The notes under the pieces: generated by a model
What the model was told of the DNA's origin: nothing
Database searches by the model: none
What the model saw: the letters and a program-made list of their open reading frames with translations, nothing else
From: an uncultured Candidatus Saccharibacteria bacterium
Lineage (GTDB): Bacteria > Patescibacteriota > Minisyncoccia > Spechtbacterales > HO2-43-30
Direction of reading: 5' to 3'
Assembly (NCBI GenBank): GCA_964374025.1
Contig: CAYJWU010000001.1
Span: 1-63,450, forward strand
DNA: 63,450 bases
Shown here: in pieces, positions 54,911 through 62,408 of the stretch
Layout: each line of letters begins with the position of its first letter
Position numbering within the stretch: position 1 is the first letter of the stretch
Position numbers and translations under genes: made by a program

Positions 54911-56002
54911 CTATGCGTTGATCATATCAATATAATTTTTGATATACTTTTCGTTTGAAAAGTTTTTGCGCACGAATCTTTGCCCTGCTTCCCCCATTCT
55001 TATTGCGTGATCCGGATTATCAATCAAATACGCTAATTTCAGAAATAAGGCATCTACATCTTTTGGTTCGATCAAGAATCCATTCTCGCCATCTCTTACA
55101 ACTTCTGACACCCCCCCAACCCTTGGAGCAATAACTGGCTTTCCCAGGGCCATTGCTTCTATAAACACACGCCCAAATCCTTCGTTCAATGAAGGAAGGG
55201 CAAATGCGTAACAATCCCTCATAACTTCCCTAACTTCATTAAGCGATAATTTTCCTGTAAAAATAACATTACCGCTAAGCCCTGAACTATAAGCTAAAAG
55301 CTCTAAACTCTTTTTTGACGGCCCGTCTCCCCCGATAACGAGTTTAAAATTCGGAAATTGTTTATGAATCCGCGAAAAAGCGCCTATTAAAGTTTCTATA
55401 TTCTTAATAGGAGAAAGTACCGCTATTGCTGCCACATAATTTTTAAAACTTACATTCTTTTCCCCTAAAAAAACATCAATATCCGTAAAGGCTGGAAAAA
55501 CAAAATACTTCTTATTGGGAAAATGCGGCCGTATTTCTCCTTGCGAAATAAAGGTAATTGTGCGAATTTTATCCGCTTGTCCCAGTGTCCACATTCCAAG
55601 ACGCGGAACGATTTTGCGCAAAAGAGGAAATGGGAGCCGATTACGGGTTAGAAATGGCACTTTACGCCAATCTCCATGAATTTCAATAATAAGCTCCTTC
55701 CTAAATACAATTTTTAAAAAAGCGCCAACAATGCCTTCTGTTAAGGGGCCCTGGCAAACTATAGTATCTACCTTTTTAGTAAGGCACAAGTAACTCCCGA
55801 GAACAATTGCCGCAGGCAAATATATAAATCTAGATCTTATAAGATAAAAGTAGCATCCCCAAATGTACTTCGGAAAGGACTTTCCCCTGCCAATGACGAA
55901 TACATTTATGCCCTTACTTAATCCCTCAAATTTCTTCTCGAGATGTTGGGTAGATTCACCTTTCTCATATTTGGTTATGCTAATAAAAAGCACGTTTTTC
56001 AT
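54911..56002 (-). CDS. GT4 (GT-B) glycosyltransferase
   Basis: EGFGRVFIEAMALGKPVIAPRVGG motif. Confidence 0.85.
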   Translation of the reverse strand: MKNVLFISITKYEKGESTQHLEKKFEGLSKGINVFVIGRGKSFPKYIWGCYFYLIRSRFIYLPAAIVLGSYLCLTKKVDTIVCQGPLTEGIVGAFLKIVFRKELIIEIHGDWRKVPFLTRNRLPFPLLRKIVPRLGMWTLGQADKIRTITFISQGEIRPHFPNKKYFVFPAFTDIDVFLGEKNVSFKNYVAAIAVLSPIKNIETLIGAFSRIHKQFPNFKLVIGGDGPSKKSLELLAYSSGLSGNVIFTGKLSLNEVREVMRDCYAFALPSLNEGFGRVFIEAMALGKPVIAPRVGGVSEVVRDGENGFLIEPKDVDALFLKLAYLIDNPDHAIRMGEAGQRFVRKNFSNEKYIKNYIDMINA

Positions 56003-56784
56003 AACCTTTTAAAAATATTTCTAAAAAAACCATACCACGGAGATAAAAGCGCCTTAAATTGTAAGTCACTAACAGCGTTGTTCAGAGGTACGCGCGGCAA
56101 TAAACGCGGATCGGAAGCCCTGGATACAATCCCGGTTTTTGAAGTAAAGGCAATTTTAAAACCCAATTCCTCTAACGCCCTAACAACGGTTTTATTAACT
56201 TTTCCTCTTGGGTAGCAAAAAGAATCTACGGGTTTTGCGGTATATTCTTCGAGAATCCGTTTTGATTCTTTTATTTCGTACATTAATGCCTCGGCATCTA
56301 AATCTGGCAGGTTAGCATGCGTATGTCCATGCGCCCCAAACTCAATACCGCGCCTGGCTAGGGATTGAATCTCGTCGGCATTCATCATGGGAAGTACGGG
56401 CACATCTTTCCTGCAAAAATTATTCACCCCGCCGATATGCGCGGTGGAAACAAAGATTACTGCCGAAAAATTATATTCGCCGAGTTTATCCGCTGCCGCG
56501 ATGTTATTCTTATATCCATCATCAAAAGTAATAAGAACTTTTCTCGCATCTTTTTTAAAACTCTTATTCATTAAATAATTTTTGAATTCATTAAGCGATA
56601 AGGTCGTGTAGCCTTGCGAATGAAAATATTTTATGAATCTTTGAAATCTGTCGCTCGAAATTGAAATAACTGACCCGCTCTCATCCACTGAATGAAAAAA
56701 CAAAACAGGCAACCCTGCTCGTGGAAAAAATTTATGGAGCAAGCATATAAGCAGGAACAACGCGGGTTTTAAAAAATGTATCAT
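55999..56784 (-). CDS. polysaccharide deacetylase (NodB homology domain)
   Basis: LITFDDGYKNN and GAHGHTH. Confidence 0.85.
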   Translation of the reverse strand: MIHFLKPALFLLICLLHKFFPRAGLPVLFFHSVDESGSVISISSDRFQRFIKYFHSQGYTTLSLNEFKNYLMNKSFKKDARKVLITFDDGYKNNIAAADKLGEYNFSAVIFVSTAHIGGVNNFCRKDVPVLPMMNADEIQSLARRGIEFGAHGHTHANLPDLDAEALMYEIKESKRILEEYTAKPVDSFCYPRGKVNKTVVRALEELGFKIAFTSKTGIVSRASDPRLLPRVPLNNAVSDLQFKALLSPWYGFFRNIFKRL

Positions 56785-58952
56785 TTTTCGAATAAATTAA
56801 TGTGCTCGCTCGCCACATCGGCAAAACTTCTTGTCGTATCCATGTTCATAATTACATTCTCATAATCCTGCCACTTTTTTGCGTCTAATAGAAAAAGAAT
56901 AGCGAAAATCAATTCTTTTTTATCCTTGGGATTAAAAGTCATAATGTTAGCCAAAACATTCTCCGGCAAACCGTTCTCTCTTGTGGCGATAACCGGAGTT
57001 CCCGCGGCACAGCTTTCAAGCACAAGATTTGGAGTAACCTCTGACAGCGACGGCACAACAACGAGCCAGCTCCGTTTAATTTCCCGGATAAGAACATCTC
57101 GGGAAAGCGCCCCCACCATTAAAACGTCGTCTTTCAGTCCGAGTTCATATATCGCTTTGTTCAATTCCCGCGCTTCGGGCCCATCGCCAATAATTTTTAA
57201 TGTTATTTTTGACTTCGCGAATCTTTTTACTTCTTTAAAAGCATGCAGCAAAAAGTTTATGTTCTTCAACTTGAGAAGTCTCCCTGCGTATAGAAGTACA
57301 AGGTTTTCTGGAAAACTTCTCTCCCTTTTGTCTATTTCGGGATACGAATTTTCTATGACATGTATTCTACGGCCGTTTAACCCGTAGTAACGAATATACA
57401 ATTCCTTCAAAAAACTAGAGGTAAATATTACAAAATTGCAGCGCCTGAACAAAACCCTGAGGATTCCAAAAATTATTTTCTCTCTTTTGGACTTCTTATA
57501 CGCCTCATAAAACAATCTAAGCGGCGCGTCTGTTCTGCCGCGCTCTACCGCTCTTTCCCAAAGAAAATCACCGCCCACTCTTAGGGCTAATTTTTTACCG
57601 CGCAATTTAGCGGCAAGAAAGGCTGGGAGAAGGATTTTGGGCGAGGAGCTTAGGGCATAACAGATTTCGAAATTTCGTAGAGATAAAAATATTTTTCTAA
57701 ACGAGCAAGCCTGCCTTCCGCTTATAACATCGGCTTCATACCCCCTTCTTTTAAGTTCCGACAAAAGTTTCTCGGCATAATATGATGGTCCGCCGATATC
57801 CGGCGGAAATATGCTTGTGAGTAGCAATATTCTCGGGGAAGATATGCCTTTGTACATTGAACCAACCCTCGAGGCGATGTTATTCCACGAATATCCTGAA
57901 GCTTTTTTAACTCCCTCTCTAGCCAGCAAATCCGCGGTCTTGGAATTATCTAAAATAAATCGCAGGGCTTGAGCTAATGAACTCGCGTTGGCGGGAAGGG
58001 CCAATAATCCCGTCTTTTTGTCTTCAACTAATTCCGCGAGGCTCCCAACACTCGTTGCGATAACCGGAATCCCAGAAGCCATCGCTTCAATGGCCGTAAT
58101 CCCAAACCCTTCTGACAGCGATGGCATTACAAATACATCGGCTATGTGGTAATAATGCGGGATATCGTCGTGCCTGATTGCGCCTACGAATTGGACAGAA
58201 TCTATAACGGCGAGTTTCTCTGCCTGCCTCTCAAGATTTACGCGCTCACTGCCATTGCCTACTAAAACGAACTTGATATTCCGGCCCCCTTTTTTTAGAA
58301 TTGAAAGTGCTTCTATAAGATATTTATGCCCCTTAACCTTCTCTAGGCGCCCCACGCTCAAAATAGTAAACTCGCTTTTTATGTGGGGGGTTTCACCCCC
58401 CACATAAAAAAACTTTTTCAAATCAACTCCATTCGGTATTATTTCTATATTTTTAACGCCGAGTTTTCTAAACCCTTCGTAAACAGCCCGGCTTGAAGCA
58501 ATACACAGCCGCGCCCGCCTATATATTATGCGTGATGCCAGTTTTGAAATAGAATTGTTCCAGATAACGCTCTGCTCCGTGCCTATAAACGGCTTTCGTG
58601 TAATCATTGATATAAAACATCCCATCAGCGCGCTTACAAAACCATGACAATGAAATATATCAACACAACGTACAAGCAAAAACGAACGAAAAGCAATAAA
58701 CGGAACCGCGCTTGCGATATATAAAATAGATGAGTGCGACAAATCCTGAAGCGAAAATAACGAAGTGCGATAAATCGTAACATTGTTTTTCTTTTCGAAA
58801 TTGGGAGCCCCATTCACGCGACCCGTTACGACAATAATACGTAAATCCTCCGGCTGACGCTCGGCAATATTTTGCGACCACTGCTCAAGTCCGCCGATAA
58901 CGGGAGGGTAATGCAATATGGGGTATAGAATCGTTAGCTTTTTTGAAAACAT
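56781..58952 (-). CDS. tandem double GT4 glycosyltransferase fusion
   Basis: 723 aa with two GT-B C-terminal motifs: EGFGITAIEAMASGIPVIAT and EVTPNLVLESCAAGTPVIAT. Confidence 0.8.
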   Translation of the reverse strand: MFSKKLTILYPILHYPPVIGGLEQWSQNIAERQPEDLRIIVVTGRVNGAPNFEKKNNVTIYRTSLFSLQDLSHSSILYIASAVPFIAFRSFLLVRCVDIFHCHGFVSALMGCFISMITRKPFIGTEQSVIWNNSISKLASRIIYRRARLCIASSRAVYEGFRKLGVKNIEIIPNGVDLKKFFYVGGETPHIKSEFTILSVGRLEKVKGHKYLIEALSILKKGGRNIKFVLVGNGSERVNLERQAEKLAVIDSVQFVGAIRHDDIPHYYHIADVFVMPSLSEGFGITAIEAMASGIPVIATSVGSLAELVEDKKTGLLALPANASSLAQALRFILDNSKTADLLAREGVKKASGYSWNNIASRVGSMYKGISSPRILLLTSIFPPDIGGPSYYAEKLLSELKRRGYEADVISGRQACSFRKIFLSLRNFEICYALSSSPKILLPAFLAAKLRGKKLALRVGGDFLWERAVERGRTDAPLRLFYEAYKKSKREKIIFGILRVLFRRCNFVIFTSSFLKELYIRYYGLNGRRIHVIENSYPEIDKRERSFPENLVLLYAGRLLKLKNINFLLHAFKEVKRFAKSKITLKIIGDGPEARELNKAIYELGLKDDVLMVGALSRDVLIREIKRSWLVVVPSLSEVTPNLVLESCAAGTPVIATRENGLPENVLANIMTFNPKDKKELIFAILFLLDAKKWQDYENVIMNMDTTRSFADVASEHINLFEK
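58381..58405. repeat. 25-nt perfect hairpin ATGTGGGGGGT-TTC-ACCCCCCACAT inside the double-GT4 ORF
   Basis: Read directly. Encodes VGGETPH in the inter-domain linker of the first GT module. Confidence 0.85.
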
Positions 58953-59659
58953 ACAAGACGTACCCTCCCTAAAATTCTGCTAGAAACTCTACCTATAGTC
59001 TTATCAAAGAAAATAAGGGCTCCGGGGGGCAAGAAGTTGACGGGCGGGTATGTATTAAATAATTTTTGAGAAATAAAATTAAGATTGTATCGCGTAAAAT
59101 ACTTGGAGATTCCCCTGACCGTCGCGTCATTATAGTATTTCCCCTCTTCGTTTACTAATTTTTTCCATTTGACTGCAAAATTTGCAATCTTATATAGACT
59201 TAAATAATTAATAAAGTCGCATACAAGAAATCCGCCGGGCTTAAGTACCCTAGAAACTTCTGCTTGCGCCCCCTTATAAGTCGCGGCCGAAGCATACCCA
59301 AAACTGACAACCACATCGAAATAGTTACTGGGATAAGCAAGAGAGTATACATCCCCCTGTTCTATTTTAATTTTTCCCATAAGACCCGCGCGTTTTACAT
59401 TGTCTCTTGCCCCGCCCACGCATACTTTACTTATATCACACCCAATAATTCTAAAATTCGCGCGTTTCGCAAGGAGCATATCCACTTCTCCAAAACCGCA
59501 GCCAACATCCAGCATGAGTCCGTCTCGCCTTTTGCCCAATAACTTTAACGCGTTATCCGCCGTAAGCGAAAAAGTGGCTTTTTTGGAGGAGCTCTGCGTA
59601 TCAACGCTTTTTGCGTATTTCTCCCATTTAGTTTTTCGCAAAATTATATCTTCGCCCAT
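58934..59659 (-). CDS. class I SAM-dependent methyltransferase
   Basis: MLDVGCGFGE; VLKPGGFLV. Confidence 0.8.
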   Translation of the reverse strand: MGEDIILRKTKWEKYAKSVDTQSSSKKATFSLTADNALKLLGKRRDGLMLDVGCGFGEVDMLLAKRANFRIIGCDISKVCVGGARDNVKRAGLMGKIKIEQGDVYSLAYPSNYFDVVVSFGYASAATYKGAQAEVSRVLKPGGFLVCDFINYLSLYKIANFAVKWKKLVNEEGKYYNDATVRGISKYFTRYNLNFISQKLFNTYPPVNFLPPGALIFFDKTIGRVSSRILGRVRLVCFQKS

Positions 59660-60633
59660 AAAGCAAGTGTTGCAAAACGTTTCATAATGGAAGGGGGAAT
59701 CAATCCAAGTATATTACGTAAAGTTGAATTGGCTGACCCTTTGCTGCTGCCCCCTATTTCATGTATTAGATATTCTTTCGTTCCCCAGCCGCGTTTAAAA
59801 ATTTCTAAACTGGACCCCTTTCTCGTGCCGCCTAGGTCAAAATAATCATATTCTCTTCCTGCATATGCCCGCATTACATGCCACAAAATCTGGTGACCAA
59901 TCTTTTTGCTGCGAAACTTCTCGTCCGATGCGCTTATGAAATAATGGATAAATGGAGGGTAGAGTAAGAATACACTCCCCCCGACGACCCTCCCTTCGTT
60001 CTTTGCCACAAAAATTTTTGCATGATTGCTAAAAAATGTAACTGCCGAAAATGGCAGCGGAATATTTTTGTGCCTCTTCACTGTGCGTAAATATAAACTA
60101 TAAAACTGTTTCAGCTCGTCCTCATCCCCGCACTCTTTAATCTCCACAAATCCCTCACCTTTTTTAATTTCCTGTTTTAGTGTCTTGCGAAATCCGCCCC
60201 ATAAATTTTCCGGAGATTTTTTTGAAAAATTTTCTAACCAGAAAGTTGTTCCCGAAGGCAGGGGATTATTTCTCGGCGGATTTGAGGCCTGTTTTGGCAA
60301 TATGTATGGATGAAACTTTATCCTTGCCCTCTCGCCGAAAAACTGTCTGAAATCTGATATAAACTCTCCAAGACCCACGCTATCTTTCAACGGCAAAGGT
60401 CCGCCATATTCGCAAAAAGGATGCGAAACTATCTTTTCTTTTCCAAACATTCTGCATCTTGCGATACTCAACAAAAGTTCGTCGCGCCATAAATAATGTT
60501 CAAATTTAAGCCAAAAAAATTCTTTTTCCAAAAAACTTTCCCAAACTGGCGTATGAAAAAAAGTTTTGAAAAGAGCTTTATCCAGTAAATCTTCCCATTC
60601 GCTTTCATTTTCTATTTTTTGAAATGTATTCAT
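59644..60633 (-). CDS. FemAB-like / Acetyltransf_6 GNAT-fold acyl(aminoacyl)transferase
   Basis: 329 aa. FVAKNEGRVVGGSVFLLYPPFIHYFISASDEKFRSKKIGHQILWHVM...YFDLGG is typical of the FemAB-related family seen in EPS loci. Confidence 0.6.
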   Translation of the reverse strand: MNTFQKIENESEWEDLLDKALFKTFFHTPVWESFLEKEFFWLKFEHYLWRDELLLSIARCRMFGKEKIVSHPFCEYGGPLPLKDSVGLGEFISDFRQFFGERARIKFHPYILPKQASNPPRNNPLPSGTTFWLENFSKKSPENLWGGFRKTLKQEIKKGEGFVEIKECGDEDELKQFYSLYLRTVKRHKNIPLPFSAVTFFSNHAKIFVAKNEGRVVGGSVFLLYPPFIHYFISASDEKFRSKKIGHQILWHVMRAYAGREYDYFDLGGTRKGSSLEIFKRGWGTKEYLIHEIGGSSKGSANSTLRNILGLIPPSIMKRFATLALWAKI

Positions 60634-61396
60634 TGGCTATTTCCTCGCCCCGCCTGAATTGATACCCATGCTTTTTCAATAAATCCAAAATTTTAAAAAG
60701 CTTTCCGGTAAATTTAGGGTCGTGAAACATATCCCACGAATGAAAGCTGAATGACACATATTGCGGCTTATGCATGGTAAATAAAAATTGATACGTAGAA
60801 AATGGCAACCCCCTTATCCATGCTCCGGCAAGCGGGACGCCTAAGAGGTGGCCGGTTACCGGCAACTCAAGAATGTCCATATCGCCTGCCTTCTTGTACG
60901 CTATTTCGCTTGGATAATATGGTATTTTGGGAGCGCTGCCCCGATATCCGCGATATTTTTTAAACGGCGGGTAATGCGGCACAACACTGCTGTCGTAGTA
61001 AAATCCGGCGTTGCTCACGGTCCTTATCGCAGTATTATCTATTATATGCGAAGGGGCGCGGAAACCTTTCGGCGCAACACCCAAGGTTTTCTTGTACAAA
61101 TTCACGAAGCGCTCAAGCTCTTCCCGTATATGGGATACGTGCACCAAATCGAAAAAAGTGTGGGAGTAACTATGGCAGCCAATTTCATGATTTTGCGACC
61201 AGCCCAGCACGAGCTTGGGATATTTCTCCAAAACTTCACCGGTGACAAAAAGCGTAGAGGATATGCCCGCCCCTGTAAGTTTATTTAAAATTTCATCCAC
61301 GCGCTCGGCGCCCCTGAAGGTCTTTGCGTGTTCAGACCCATAATCATGCTCAATGTCCACAGAAACAAAACAAATTTTTTCTTTAATTTGACTCAT
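60605..61396 (-). CDS. polysaccharide deacetylase-family protein (EPS-locus subfamily-like)
   Basis: ICFVSVDIEHDYG, LFVTGEV, CHSYSH. Confidence 0.7.
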   Translation of the reverse strand: MSQIKEKICFVSVDIEHDYGSEHAKTFRGAERVDEILNKLTGAGISSTLFVTGEVLEKYPKLVLGWSQNHEIGCHSYSHTFFDLVHVSHIREELERFVNLYKKTLGVAPKGFRAPSHIIDNTAIRTVSNAGFYYDSSVVPHYPPFKKYRGYRGSAPKIPYYPSEIAYKKAGDMDILELPVTGHLLGVPLAGAWIRGLPFSTYQFLFTMHKPQYVSFSFHSWDMFHDPKFTGKLFKILDLLKKHGYQFRRGEEIANEYISKNRK

Positions 61397-62375
61397 ACTT
61401 AATGATTTCTTTCATACTATCTTCTAGCATGTACTTCGGTTTATAGCCGATAAGTTTTTTTATTTTTGAAATATCCGGACGGCGACGCTGCATATCCTCA
61501 AAGCCCTCCGGATAGACTTTGGCGTACGGGATGTAACGTATTTTAGATTTGCTTTCCGTAAGTTTAATTACTTTCTTCGCTAAATTCTCAATTGTTATTT
61601 CTTCATCCGAGCCAAGATTGTAGACCTCTCCAGCGCTTTTCTGATGCGCCATTACTTTTAAAACCGCGTCAACAACGTCGTTGACATAACAAAACGACCG
61701 CGTCTGTTTCCCGCTGCCATGAACTGTCAGAAACTCACCCCTTAGGGCTTGCCGCACAAACCGCGGCACAACCATTCCGTACTCTCCGGTTTGGCGCGGC
61801 CCAATAGTGTTAAAAAACCTGACAACGCGTACCGGAAGTCCTTTTTCCTTAAAATAAGCAAGCGCCAAAAACTCATCCACACCCTTTGAGAGGGCATATC
61901 CCCAACGGTAATTTTTGACAGATCCGTAAACCCTGTCATCGTCTTCGCTAAAGGGCAACTTGGTATTTTTGCCGTAGATCTCCGAAGTCGACGCGATAAG
62001 CACTGGGGTCTTTTTGCCAAGCGCGGCATTTAACACGTTTTCGGTGCCGCGTATATTTAAAATCCACGACTCCAGCGGCTTTTCCATAATCGTTTTCACC
62101 CCAACAGCCGCTGCAAGATGATAAACCTCATCTGCGCGAGAGACCATTTTCTCGACCAGAGATTTATTCAGAACATCGCCTTCTTCAAATACAAAATTCC
62201 TTTCGGAGAGCAGGTGCCTTATATTATCTAAAGAGCCAGTTGAAAGATTGTCCAGCACAAACACCCTCTTGCCTTGCGCGAGAAGTTTTTCGCAGAGATG
62301 ACTGCCTATAAATCCGGCCCCGCCGGTGACAAAAACGGCTTTCTGCCTCCCGGCGGACAAGTTTTGTTTGCTCAT
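61383..62375 (-). CDS. NAD-dependent SDR decarboxylase/dehydratase (UDP-glucuronate decarboxylase / ArnA C-terminal-like)
   Basis: VTGGAGFIGSHLCEKLL, STSEIYG, YALSK, RFFNTIGPRQ. AAGGAG RBS. Confidence 0.75.
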   Translation of the reverse strand: MSKQNLSAGRQKAVFVTGGAGFIGSHLCEKLLAQGKRVFVLDNLSTGSLDNIRHLLSERNFVFEEGDVLNKSLVEKMVSRADEVYHLAAAVGVKTIMEKPLESWILNIRGTENVLNAALGKKTPVLIASTSEIYGKNTKLPFSEDDDRVYGSVKNYRWGYALSKGVDEFLALAYFKEKGLPVRVVRFFNTIGPRQTGEYGMVVPRFVRQALRGEFLTVHGSGKQTRSFCYVNDVVDAVLKVMAHQKSAGEVYNLGSDEEITIENLAKKVIKLTESKSKIRYIPYAKVYPEGFEDMQRRRPDISKIKKLIGYKPKYMLEDSMKEIIKYESN

Positions 62376-62408
62376 AAACTCCTTTTAGAGTACTATGAAA
62401 TTGGCTTT

